64,000 bases of DNA, taken from assembly GCF_002571385.2 (NCBI RefSeq), contig NW_019217948.1, positions 427,548 through 491,547 of the forward strand. The letters run 5' to 3'. The notes beneath the pieces were generated by a model. It was not told where the DNA came from and searched no databases. It saw nothing but the letters and a program-made list of their open reading frames with translations. Position 1 is the first letter of the stretch, and every line of letters starts with the position of its first letter. A program made the position numbers and the translations under genes. This stretch comes from Stylophora pistillata. Its lineage: Eukaryota. Positions 38,396 to 62,492 of this stretch are shown here, piece by piece.

Positions 38396-40626
38396 CTATG
38401 AACGTATCTCGTTGAAACAAGTCTGTATATACGTATAGGCACGGGAGCTTGCTGCAGGCGCTGACAATTCGTCATTATAGGAACTTGTTCCCGACAAATT
38501 TTGGTGACAGTTCTTGTTTGTTTGAGATACTGTTGTGGCCACTTGATCTTGCATTTCCTTTCTCCATTTTGTTCTTCTATTTTGGAACCACGTTTTAACT
38601 TGAGTTTCTGTAAGACCCAACTCTGTGGAAAGCTCTGCACGCTTGCTCTCAGAGATGTAACGACGCTTTGTAAATTCCCTTTCCATCGTTTGTACCTGGT
38701 TTTGGGAAAATAGCGGACGCTGCTTCTTCTTTCTAGAGAAACTTCTACGTCTTGGAAGATTTATATATGGAGAAAAACCTGCCAAAGGAATAGCGCATGT
38801 TTCCAGTTCTGTATGTTTTTAAATTAATGTGACAGGCAAGGGAAAAAATGAAAGAAGTCCAAGGGGGTAAGATTGTAATTCCCAAAATTGTTTCTACCTT
38901 AATTATACCCAGTATAAGAAGAATTTCAGTTTTCATCGAGTCTTTATTATCTTGCCAGTTGGGAGAAGCACCATAGACTGTTTGAGAGCTCAATAAAAAC
39001 CGAATTGATTCCCAAAATTTGATTTGGTTTATTATAATTGTGCACACTTCTTAAATGTCTGTCTACACTTTGCTTTAGAGGTCACATCTTATGCAGTCTT
39101 CGTGTGTTTATTTCTTTTCTTTTCCGTTCTCTATTTGCAATAAAATTACCAAGTCTTGCAACTCGGCTCCGCAATTGGAAACTTTTTCAAACAACGGTGT
39201 TTCCATTTCAAAGAAATATTTCTGTTAGTACTTTCTCGGCCGACAGATTTTAAAGCCTATTGCATTCAACGAAAATACGAATCTTAGAATTTTGTTATGG
39301 CTTTGGCTGTAATCTAGATATATTTAGTTGTATGAACAAAAACTCGTGAAGGTGCCTATTGTAAACAAGTTGATTCTTTTTTAAATGTTCAACGCTAATG
39401 CTACAAGAATAGGTTGGTGAATGAGACTAAATTATTTGTCAGGGTGTATTACAAAATTCAGAAGGAAAGGATGTCAAACGCTTCCGTGTGCGTAGCGCCG
39501 CAATTAGGCAACTCAAAATATTGCGCGTGTACACAACAAATGTAACGATCTGCAGCCACTCTATAGCATTATCTGGAAGAGCTTCTGTACATAAGAGTGT
39601 TCAAGGCCCAAGTTCCAGTACAACCACAACGCAATGGGCTTGAATATCAATGGTTTCAACACCTTGGAATTTTGACAAGTAATAATTCAAACATGAAAAC
39701 TTGCCAAACTGTGAGCAAACCGCTTTTATGGCCACTCACTCGGAAGTTAATAGTAAAAGAAAACCAGCTTCGCGCGGGTAAATTCAGCGTTCAAATCATA
39801 ATGTACGGACAAGAAAATAAAATAATTTCCTTTTGTTAGCGTTATGAAGAAAAAAATCGAAGGATTTACCCTTCAATCCTAAAGAGTGATAGTTGCTAAT
39901 TCTAGGAAAATAATTCCTGATCAAGTATCGATTGTTTCGTTTCTACTTTAAAGCGGAATTTTTGTCAATTCACTTGAATAAATCGAGAATCTTTGGCCAA
40001 GGTGTTTTCATCTGCAGACAACTGTTGCTTAACATCGCTTGCATCGACGAAATAAGCAGAAACGTCAGTCATCCTCCCCTTCAACTTAACAACCATTAGT
40101 AGAGAATGCAAACTGCTGAAAAAAACTGTCGCAAAATCGAACCAAAAATTCTCACGACTCATTTCTTGTTTGCTCGCTTCTGTTTATAACAACAAAATTC
40201 CAGAGAAGGAAAGCTCTCTACAGTCTAAAATCCAACTTCGCAACAATATTCATCAAGTTAACACGAAGCAGTAACTTTGCACTTACCATGGAAGTGTTCA
40301 TAACTTTGCATAAAACTTGTGTTGCAAATCCACGTGGGAAAGTTGGCCTGTGCAGTGGGATCTGCTGACCAATTTAAACTGATGCCACTCAGTGGAGAGC
40401 CCAGACCAGCGTAAGGATACCGCATTAATGGCGGCGGATTCATGGCGTAAGTGATTGGAGTCACGATGGGTCTTATAATGGAAACTTTTGCATCTTCGAT
40501 TTCTTCTCCTGATACTCTCGGAAACGCAGTCAAGGCTCTTTCATCTTGGAGGTTAAGAATGTTCTTTATGGAAAACGAACTTCTTCTCGGGGCCTGAAAA
40601 TAGACATCTCTGTTTGCTAAGTCCAT
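38396..40626 (-). CDS. ANTP-class homeobox transcription factor, paralogue of the 3312-5731 gene; 2 exons (40626-40287, 38778-38396), about 240 aa
   Basis: ATG at 40626. eh1 SFSIKNIL; hexapeptide-like FPTWICNTSF; phase-1 intron G|GTAAGT...TGGCAG|GT. Homeodomain at 38731-38552 (KKKQRPLFSQNQVQTMEREF...QVKTWFQNRRTKWRKE) is identical to the first gene at 37/59 positions. Confidence 0.92.
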
Positions 40627-42861
40627 GTCGTAGCTTGCCAAAACAAGGGTTACTTGGGCGGTCAATCTGAGATAATGTGCACCCCGAGTCAAGGTATTCT
40701 CTCTAAATATGTTGCGGACTTGACGCCTGCGTACTAACGTCTAATTAATCACATCAATCAGTGTTAGGAAAACTTAATTGTGTAGCGGCACACTTAGAGA
40801 ATCATGTCATCTTCTTTTTAAACTGGTTTGAGTGACGACTAAAAGCTGTTCGGAGAATTCCAAATGATTGAAGTCAACATTTTCAACCCGCAGTATTTAT
40901 ATTCTTTTCGAAAACTGCTGACCACTCAGGTAAATTTAGGCTGGAAGCGTCTGTCCCCGTTTGCTTCCGGTTATCGTAATTTCCGGTATGAAGAGGCTAG
41001 ATGCACAAAATCTGTATAATCTAATATAACGACCGGAAGTGGCGGAGAAATAAACATCTCTTTAGCGCTAGAAACATATTTCACACATTCGCCTGAGAGA
41101 GCTGATTTGTAGCTGGCAGCTAATATCCAACTTATCAATCACAAGTTAAAAAGAATCTTATCATCTTCTTTTGTACTCAATTAAAACGAAAAAGCTGCCG
41201 CGTAAAAGTATGTGATTGCAATAATTCGACCTTAATTGGCCAGATTTTTAAATTTACACTTGAGGATTTCCTAAAGTTTAGTTTTCCGATTTTTTGTCAA
41301 CGCGTCAAGTAATATAATACAGTTGCGTATGGTTAAATAGTTTCTGTAGAATGACTAGGCACGAAAATCACATTTCCTTATATTTGAAAAAATATCTTAT
41401 TTTGATGAATTTCTCTACTTGTTAAGAGTCTCAGCTTGATACTAAGCTGATGGCCCATAATAAAAGCAACGCAGTGATTGGAATTTAATCCACTTTATGA
41501 TACCTAGACGGGCTTATCGTTTAGTGGAGACAGACAGTGCGCAAGGGATAGGCCGGTCGGCCTATGCGGAACACGACTGGAGGAAGGCTTATAAGTCTTC
41601 ACTGAATTACGTCAATAGAACAAATCCAACCTCGACACAAAAATGTTGTTTTTTCAGCCTTTTTTTACCTTGGTTCCACATCAAGACTTAGTTTCTTTAC
41701 AAGAGAGCTTTAATCGTTTCCCATCCTACAGTCATGGATTCTGGGGCAAACCAAACAAATTAAAAAAAAAAAATGGTAAAAAAAATTCAAAATAAACAGC
41801 TGGCAAAGTTTAATGCATTGTTATATGCGTACAGTGACATTACTTTCCATGCTTTTAGCGTCTTTCCTCCTTACAGAGTCACGCCTTCCTTGACTCGGTA
41901 AGAGGTAATTACCAGCTTATTTCTGGAATTGCTGACGTCCTTTGAAAACCACATACTGTGAAAGAAGGCGGAGAAAGGCGGCAAAGGGAGGGCCTTGGGA
42001 GGAATTTTGAAGTACACACCACTAAATAGATTAACGTTTCATCCCTTGGACAGCTTCACGAAAATTCCTGTCTATGAGCACTGACAGATGCATTTCCAGT
42101 TATATGTAAGCTGTTGCTAAAATTTTAAATCTAGCTTACAACAAATCGATAGCAGGATGGCGTTACTGATTGATGTAATATGGAACTGTAACTCTTTCAT
42201 ATGTTATTCTACATCGACCTATTCGGCTCATTATCCTTCAAATTTTTCCGTTTTTGTTATTCAAAGGGATTTCTGGAAAACGAATTTCAATGAGTTATAT
42301 CCTGAATTCAGCCTCTGAAGACAAACAGTCCTTTGAAATCCCAAAAAAGAAGATTAGGGAACCAAACACTCCTTATAAAATTAACACAAAAACGTTTTGA
42401 TGCGATCGATCTGTGATCTGGAAGGCTGAAAAACGTCCGCCAAATGGTGCGAATGTTGCCGTCCTCAGTAAACTGATCTAAATAGTTAACAATAACGGAC
42501 AGCCCAACATTTGTTGTCAGACACCATCTGATAGGAAGCTAATCCAGTGGAGTGCTGGGACAAGGAATGAAATCCGTCGTTGATGGTACACCTTCACCAG
42601 CCATTGCAGACTTTGATTAGTTGTCGGCTGACACTGTGAGAAAGTGCGACAAATTTTTTCACCAGGTCAATCAAACTCATGTTGATTGAAAGGTTTTAAA
42701 TGCAATTCTTAGTTTGTTTTACACTTTGGTCGAGTATTTTGAATGTGAACTTCTCGTAGTGTTTCCCTTCTTAAATTTTGCCTGTTCCACGCTCTCTATG
42801 AAATTGTGCTACCCCGTGATATGCCTTTGAATACAATTACAAATTCTGAAATCTATTTGTG

Positions 42862-43110
42862 ATTTGGATATATCAACAAAGTTGAAATGGTAAATTGGCC
42901 ACTGTAATGATTACAAAAGCTGACGTTTCGAGCGTTAGCCCTTCGTCGGAGCGACGAAGGACTAACGCTCGAAACGTCAGCTTTTGTAATCGTTACGGTG
43001 GCTAATTTACCATTTCAACTTTGTTGAATTTGTTGAATTATTTCGTTACTCCCACCGACGCAGCCCCAAANNNNNNNNNNNNAGTTTCTTTCGAAACTAT
43101 CAGCCTTTAT
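42862..43110. mobile_element. Head-to-head Penelope pLTR pair (76-bp palindrome arms) with target-site duplication
   Basis: 42873-42948 and 42952-43027 are inverted. The flanking direct repeat TATTTGTGATTTGG lies at 42854-42867 and 43111-43124. An N-gap lies inside. Confidence 0.85.
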
Positions 43111-45049
43111 TATTTGTGATTTGGTTCTGTAAAGCCTGAAGCAATTGCTTAAAAGTGTTCTAAAGATGACTAAGTTTGCTCATTATCCCGTGGACTGACT
43201 TCGTCAATCATTAGCTGTCTGAAAGGTTCATCAAGCTAGAAACAACACCCTTTTCTAATTGTTGACAATAGAAATGTCCAAATGTAGAAGTAACCAGATA
43301 TCGCACCAGCAGCAGATTTTCTTTCGTTTTTCTGCTTTAGAAAACTTTTCTTTGAGATTACTTCATGATCTTAGGAAAAAGCTTCGTCGCAACTCAGTCT
43401 CAAGTGCGATTAGAAAGAAACACTAGTGCGCTCCTGAGTGCAAAGACACACCTGTGATTGAATGCACTCTTCATCAATCTTCAATTAAATAGCCATCTAA
43501 GGCTATAGTCGTGAGGAAGTCTTCGCGCCTCCCTATACGCGCTGTATTTGCCAAGCTTAAAGTCTGGATACGTACGTGTATGTGTAAGTATCGGTATTAT
43601 AAAAAAAAGTTTACAGCTAAACTTTCCTAATACACTCATCTATGATTGTTGAAAATGGACATTTCTGGAGCGCTAATTAAACGTATTTCCTCACTGTAAT
43701 TCAGCGCTGATGGTTCTTCGATGCTATTAAGATCTTTTAATCAAGTCATAACATAAAAAGACTCCTAGCATTCCCTATTACGGGATAACTAAACTTTCGG
43801 TCAGCTGCACCCATTCAGCTTTTACTTGAACTTATCCGGGCTTGACAGGGTGGTTTTTAGACGATTTAAAACGATGATCCAATTCGCTACACCTTTGTCG
43901 CTTGAGAGATGGGTCTTTCTTACTCGATTTACTTTTCCAAGGGAAGGGGGATTTAAATTAACTTGCGCAATTCAAGGGGAGTTTTCTTCAGTGCTTGACG
44001 CTAAAACATTACTCTTCACACTTAATTTGTAAACCGTGGTAGCCAGTAGCACCTAGTACATATTTCTGCCTAAAATAAGCCGACAATTTAACATCTTTCC
44101 GCTTTACTTCTTAATCCTAAGGATTAAATTTGGCGTCTTTTTTTCCCAGCTCAAACACGCTTTCCTTTGTCGTACATCCGAGTCAAATGGTGAAACATGT
44201 TTCTCAATGTTTGCTTTACTAAAAGAAACAAAACGAAAACAAACTTCGAGTAATTTGAGTGTTACCGCACCTTGCATGATTTCCGGCCATCATCAAGGTA
44301 AATCTTGTCAACCGTACCCGGCCCAGTCTTAATCTTAAGCAGATTTCTATCCAGTATCATATGATCCAGAGAAGATCTTGTAATCGGCGAAACTTGTATG
44401 TTTTTGTGTCCCGACTGAGTCCATGGAATCCGTGCTAGTTTGTGTGATGTTGGTTACTTTTTCTTTCAAGTAACGGAAACCATTTCCATAAAGAAATAAA
44501 AAAGACTTCCCGTCTGGTGTTTTTTGAAGACACAACGATTTAACTCTCTTGTGTTTGTACTTGAAATCTGCTCAGAAATGAAATGTAGAAAGGTAATTAA
44601 AACTTTTGTTTTCATTCAGGTTCGTTAAATCTTCCGTTAGTCTATATATGGACTACAACCCCAAAAATGAAGAAGTTCTTATTGTTGGCTAGCAGTGACA
44701 GATGGTGCCTCACTTTGTTGAAACTTATATCCTTGCTTTACATCTTAGAATATGTTAGCTATTTGTTTCCTTTAAGCACGTGAAAATAATTAAAATCGTA
44801 AAGGTAACTCGAATTCACCTGACTTTTAGTATATTTGAGCTCATAACGCGGCAGCACTAGAAATGTGTTAAAAAGGATATAATCCAACTCCCTTGTCATC
44901 TCTTACATTTCTAACCCACTTAAAGTTTTTTCGCATCACAGTTAAATTCACACTGCTTATACATTTGCTTTTCTATGGAAAGTTTCTTTTTTCGCGTAGG
45001 GATATATATGAAATGTGGGTAACGAGATTCAAATCAATTTGTTCGAGCT

Positions 45050-46510
45050 ATCTAGAAACGTAACTCGAAGTTCAACTCGAAGATCAACTCAAAGGTCAAC
45101 TCAAAGGTCAACTCGAAGTCCAACTTATTACTTGCGATCGCAACTTGCAAGTTAGTTTCAGTATCAGTTACATGGAGCATTCATGTTCGTCTTGCTCGTT
45201 AACAGTGAAGATGGCGGTTGTTGTATTTAAAGCATTGCTTGTCTGCTTAACGATTTCACAAAGCTACGCACTCCCTAATAGTTGCGGGGGAACTAGCGGT
45301 AATCGCATGGCTCCCAAAGCATGACAACACTCAATGATACATGTATCAAGGCGTTTCTTGAAACGTCCGTTTACAGTATGTTTCAGTTATTACTCACATC
45401 TGTGGAAAGTTAAACTTAGGCATACGGATGTGCATATAAGCTGTTCGCTTTTGGTTGTAATCATTCTCTGAAGAAGTCTCGGCTGGAGAAGAAACAATTC
45501 ATATGAAATAAACGAGAAATTACAACAACAGGACGTCTTCCTTTGTACTGCTCACCAGTCTCCGCTAAAAAATTGTGGACGTTCCGCAGATGAACGTTTA
45601 GCGTAAACTCAAACCACTTCAGGCGAAAATGAGCTCGAGTAAGGGACTGCCAAATCTCGATAAAAACCCAGCTTTTAGCAGGTAACAACCGAACGAAGTG
45701 AATCTGAATTATTTTTCAACATTACAAATGGTAAATTTTCCTTGAAATAAAGGATTTCCATAATTCTTACATGAATTGGGTCTTGTAAGGGAACACCAGA
45801 TCTCAATAAATATCAAACTTTTAAACTGTAACAAGAGACAACCTACGAAGAAATGTGAAACAATTCTCTTAAGGCTTCAGTGCAACCAAAGAAATTGGGA
45901 AAGAAATTGTTTACTTTCGTCATAAATAGAACCAACCTAAGAAGCAACAGATTGGGGAGGATGCAGATTATACATGGAGCTTTAATAACGATCTCTTCAC
46001 CATCCATCTTTGTGATCACAGTTAAAATTTGGTCTCATCAACCAAGTTGACAATCTGAAGTGGCCACTATAAAGTGTTTCTCAAGGCTGACGTTGCGAGC
46101 GTAAGCCCACACAAATACACGTTTTCCCACACTAATATAGTACGTTTTTAAAAGTCTCCTTATCGAAAACGAAGCCAAAATATACCGTATCACAAGTCAG
46201 GTTAGAGCCTGAACCAAGTTTTGACTCAGACGAACATCCATGCTTCATGTGACTGATATTGAAACTAACTTACAAGTGGCAAGTAATAAGTCGCGATCGC
46301 AAGTTTTAAGTTGCGTTCGCAAAAAAAAGTCGCGATCGCGAGTTATAAATCACCAGCCCGAAAAACAGGTGTAATTTTTTGGCATGCGCGAGGCGGCACG
46401 AACTGCAAGCCACGCGCGAGGCGCAAAAAGAAAATAAAAGATAAGTCGCGATCGCGAGTTACAAGTTGCAATCGCAAGTCACGCTATCTTAAGTTAGTAC
46501 CTCGCGATCG
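45050..46510. mobile_element. Foldback-type element with long imperfect TIRs and short internal tandem repeats
   Basis: ACTTGCAAGTTAGTTTCAGTATCAGTTACATGGAGCATTCATGTTCGTC (about 45143-45191) is inverted at about 46228-46277. There are 12-bp CAACTCGAAG repeats on the left and AAGTCGCGATCGC repeats on the right. Ends are approximate. Confidence 0.6.
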
Positions 46511-46972
46511 AAAAAATCGAAAATCGGAAAAACGCAGTTTTCAGAACAACTTTGACTCCCCTTTGAGAGTGAGTAGAACATTCCATTAGCCCTGGCCCGT
46601 TCATCTCAGTGATGTAAAATTCCTGCCTTTTGCGTCTTGCCCATGAGCGCACATTCATTGTGGTCTTGGTAGAGAGAATGATAATGGGTGCAGCACAAGA
46701 TTTGGCCCAAGTGTCTTGTCCTAAATCACTGGTTATCCAGTCCATCCTCCTGATTTGATAGCGTCTTCCGCTTTACACAGGCAGTATAGTGTTTTCGCTA
46801 ACAGGACTTTGTATTTTTTTTTCTCTACCTGAATGAACGATAAAGTGCTCGGTGTTTTCTCAGTTGACCGAGGGTCCATTGAAATCTTAGCGAACATGGA
46901 AGTTTTAATTCGTCTTAAACCGGTGGAAATCGAAGCCATCCCCTGGATCTGTACCGTCTTCCCCCCGCCATT

Positions 46973-48754
46973 AGGGACTTTAAGATGCAGCCTCTACTAC
47001 GGCGACCGGAAGTCTACACTTACAACTTGTCCGACTGCGCATGTCTAAGGCGGGAATTCACGCCGTACTCTTGCCATCTGCTACGGCATAATCACTTCTT
47101 TCCCGTAGTGGTGAGTACGTCAGAATTTGCCGTAATATTTTGTTTGAAGTTTTGATTATTTGAATGTTTTCCATGTGATTAAATTAATTGCGTTTCTTTA
47201 CGAGTTGATGAATCGTGGATAAACGCTATTTGGTCAAAATTTACTTGTAGAAAAAAGATGTCAAAACCAGAGACAGCTTCAGGTTCCGCCGCCAACACTG
47301 CCAAGCGGCAATCGTAATTATTTCCATATCGTTTTCGTTTGTTTTATTCTTTTTGACTCAGTCGAGCTCTTCGGTTTGCTTCATGATCCGGCACTAAGCT
47401 GGTGAATACTGTTACGTGTAACAAATTACTAGAATGTTTATTTATTTCTGTTAATTTGATTTTTACAACAGGCCAATGGAGTGGACAACAGCGCACGACG
47501 TGTTGCTGTGCAGAGAAAATTTGGAAGAGGAGTTTTATAAGTTCAAGAAAGGGAGTAATGACAGAGGAAGAATTTGGACGCAAATTTCCGAGAACCTCAA
47601 AAGTGTAACTGCAGTCAAATTCAAAGTGAGTCAATGAGCGGTAAGAGAGCGATTTGACTTGCTACTCGGAAGATTTCGACAGCAAAGTAGAGAAGAAGAA
47701 AATGCAAGTGGTATATCTCCCCAACCAACATAGCTCGACGTACTGTTAGAAGACTTTTCTGAAAGAGAGAAATTAGCACAATCAACGAGAGAATCCTGTA
47801 ACAGAAGGAGTGGCGAAACAAATCGCAAAAAAGCCGAGGAGACGCGTTTCCAAGCCTTGGAAAGAGTTGGTGAAACAAAAAGAAGGGCTAATGAGAACTG
47901 TGAAAGAAAAGCGAAAAGGCAACGAAGAAGTGGAGCTGATGTTGCCGAATTTGTACGCGAAAAATCAGAAGAGGAGCTTAAGATCCGCAAAGAGGAGCTC
48001 GCTTTGAAAGCAATAGAAGTTGAAAACGAAAAAAGATAAGCAAGCACATATGTTTAAAACCCAGGAGGCCATGATTACAAACATGGCAAAACAACAAGAT
48101 CAGATGCAAACACTTCAAAATGGCTTTTTTGCAGCAACAGCAACAACAGACACAGGCCACGATGGTGTTGTTAGAAAGAATTGCGAAAAAGTAGTAACTT
48201 AGTTCCCTGACAGAGATTAACAATGGATTGATTTACTCTTGTAAATTTATTGCAGCTTCAAGTTACTGATTTTGTTTGTTTAGTGTCATTTTGAATTTTA
48301 TATTTTTAAAGTAGTAGTGAATAATGCACCATTCAAGACATATCTTAAATTAATAAATTACTTCGCAAGTACCGCTATGTGGGTTTTTTTTTTTTTAAGC
48401 TAAACTGTGCCAAATATTCGTCGTCCCTAAAATTTTCGAGGTCAAACTCAGAGAACGAGTTATACGGAAGTTCTAAGTTTTGTGATTCGTAGCCAGTGTA
48501 AAGCAACAAAAATTCGTCATCACAAATGCAATTCATCTCATAACAAAGACGGATTAACTCTCTTTCTTCCTTGAAGGATGAAATTTTTGCTATTAAAGTG
48601 ACTCCACAACAACGCTTTGCGCTCTTAGCTTCCGCCGTAGTGTCGCTGTAGCTTAACGATTCGTATTTGGCGGGCAATACGCCTTACTCACCCTAGTCCA
48701 TCGCGGCCAAGGTAGCCGTAGTACAGATTCACCGTACCGTATCTTAAAGTCCCT
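46973..48754. mobile_element. Internally deleted PIF/Harbinger-ISL2EU (PHIS) group transposon, Pangu-like
   Basis: 14-bp TIR AGGGACTTTAAGAT with ATT TSD on both sides. The + strand carries a Myb/SANT-like pseudogene (MEWTTAHDVLLCRE...RGRIWTQISENL...AVRERFDLL...ASGISP, two stops). A convergent - strand segment resembles a transposase N-terminus (DDEFLLLY...LPYNSFSEFDLENFRDDEYLAQF). Confidence 0.85.
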
Positions 48755-49439
48755 ATTAGCCATTTGCTGGTTTTTTTTGCTACAGAACATGGATACATTT
48801 TATTTTTAGGTTAGGAAAAACGTTAGAAAATTCCACGGTTGATTGATCGCCTTATCGACCGTCATACAGAAACTGATTTCCCAAAGGATTGTATGTGGAA
48901 GATTTCAGGTTACACCTTGCGTCCTCAAATTTTTAACATCGCTTTCTCAATGAAGCAAGCGCAAGCGCAAGGTCCATACGCCATGACCTCAAGCCGAATA
49001 TTTTCCCGTCCGGCCCGACCTAACTCAGTCAATAAGCATTTCAACATCTGAACACTGACTACGTTTTGACAAATTCGAAAAAGTTTGTTCTAACTTGAAA
49101 AGACTGGCGCGGGAAAACCAAAATTGAGATTCCACAATGAAAAGTTTTCCTTTATTTTTTCGAGTCAGAACAAGAAACTCACAATTCATTGAAAAACGTG
49201 TCTTATTTTCTCATTGTTGTTTGCTGCTGTCACTCATTTTTGCAACAGAAGCGAACAATGCTTCTTTCTTTTTTTCTTTGGCAACAAAGCCGTACAAGTG
49301 CACTAGGACCGGACGGCTTTTTCCGGACCGGGTGACGTCAACCTGTCCGGCCCTACACACATCAGCTTTTACTACGGTTTTCTATGAGATTACGCGAAAT
49401 ACTATATTATAGTTTCTTATTTAGTTTGAAATGTGTCTT

Positions 49440-49542
49440 AGTATAATCAATACTTGGCTAGATACTATTTTATTAAGTACACGACCCCACACGCTTTTTT
49501 AGCTTTAATTCTTATCGTGTATAAGTAAAGATTCTATTCTAC
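49440..49542 (+). mobile_element. 3' tail fragment of the same LINE family as 27980-30842
   Basis: TACACGACCCCACACGCTTTTTAGCTTTAATTCTTATCGTGTATAAGTAAAGATTCTATTCTA matches about 30770-30842. Confidence 0.8.
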
Positions 49543-49713
49543 GGGTCATATGATCAAGACATTTCGGCTGGCTTGTGTGACAGTTAAAGTTAACACATAA
49601 GACACACTGAAGTTAGCTTCTTTATAAAATAAAAAAAAGGATCATTCACGTGATATTTTTTCCCATCCGAAATACACCGCAAATGATATTGATAACAGAT
49701 CTTCTACAAGCAG

Positions 49714-49719
49714 TTTATT
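49714..49719 (-). promoter_or_regulatory. Candidate polyadenylation signal of DHX8
   Basis: AATAAA on the minus strand about 60 nt downstream of the stop codon. Confidence 0.45.
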
Positions 49720-49780
49720 GAGCTCAGCCTCATGATCAGTTGACAAGTGGTCACATTGGTTACCATTGTAAGCATAATGT

Positions 49781-61179
<11,399 letters not shown>

Positions 61180-61659
61180 CTATAACAATGTAACAACAAC
61201 TTAAGATTCCTTTTCACATCATTTAATTAGTACATGTATTTATTATACAACTACCCTCTGTAGAGTACAAATAATGTCTTCATACAGCAATTGTACTCCA
61301 GAGAACCAGTTAGACAGGTTTTCTCACATTCTGCAAGTGCCAAATTGGATTGAAGTTACAAACAAAATGCCAGACAATTTACATCATTTTTCTGAAGAGG
61401 AAGAGTTGGAATGATCCCAGTTTTATAAGATAAATCAAATGAAGAGAAGCAGTTTGATAATAATGAAATTTCATCATTTATTGTAGAAAATAGAAACAGC
61501 AACACAACAATGCATCAATTCCGTTCCACTTCGCATACTTGTGTCACACACTCCTCATATATAAAGATTCGCGAAATTTGCCAACACAGAAGTAACAATT
61601 TGGCATGTTGGATAATAAATAACTTGTCAGACATTTTGGTGTGTCTTATTGCTGAGTAT

Positions 61660-62010
61660 TTTATAATAATAATAATAATAATAACAATAATAATAAAGGT
61701 CTTTATTAAGAATTATTAAGCAAACAGATGTGCAACAATTAACATGAATAGAATGAATAAGGAAAAAGAAAAGGTATTAATAACTATTGAAAAGACATCT
61801 ATTAATAAAAACTGATTTAAAACGGCTTGTCTGAACCTTGGGTAAAATATAATTATGCGACCTAGTTTCAACTGCCGTGTTCTCAGGGGAGGTAAGAGAT
61901 CGCTCAACGCAGTGTTGGTGGAAGAGATCCTTTGCCATAATTACTGGAGAAAGATTTATATGGGGAGAGGTTGTCTGAATGAGACACATAACGTATTTTG
62001 AATTCTCGAT
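61660..62010 (-). mobile_element. LINE 3' end fragment with (TAT)n tail
   Basis: Encodes RSHNYILPKVQTSRFKSVFINRCLF*, a typical ORF2 C-terminus, followed by AATAAA and a (TAT)n microsatellite. Confidence 0.7.
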
Positions 62011-62281
62011 GTGTGCATTGCCACATTAGCGGTCAATTTTTTCCTGGGGTAGACCATTGAGAGTTGACTCGACAAGACAAATTTACGCTACCCACTTCCC
62101 CCGAAGCGGCTAAATCAGCATTTAATTTTCCCTTGGGGTACTCCAGTGACAATTTATCTGTCGTCTGCAAATTTATGCACTACCTACTCTTCCAAAATAG
62201 CTAGATTGTGATGCCAAAATTTTTTTCCGATTAGTCACAAACTTTTTCGCGTCGCTTCGGCCAAAGTCCCTCAGCACTATA

Positions 62282-62492
62282 TTCATTGTATCTGATTTAT
62301 CATCACGGGTTTATTACGAATCCACTTAACGGCCCGCTCCCAGTTGGCTTGTTAGCTCAATTGGTAGAGCGCTGCACTAGTATTGCAGAGGTCAGTGGTT
62401 TGAATCCTGTACAGGCCTGATTTTTTTCAGGTCTGATTTTTGCTATTGCATAAATAGCGCTATCTACTGCGAAGGATCGTGCATCATATGTA
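62282..62492 (+). repeat. Second copy of the tRNA-Thr-like element (tRNA-like head 62346-62418), CpG-decayed
   Basis: Colinear with the 10046-10571 element, with several CG>TG changes. Confidence 0.85.

Noticed and set aside
45061-45125. Short regularly spaced repeats resembling a CRISPR array (also 9345-9410 and 13440-13472)
   Set aside because: Eukaryotic context, no unique spacers and no cas genes; these are simple tandem repeats.
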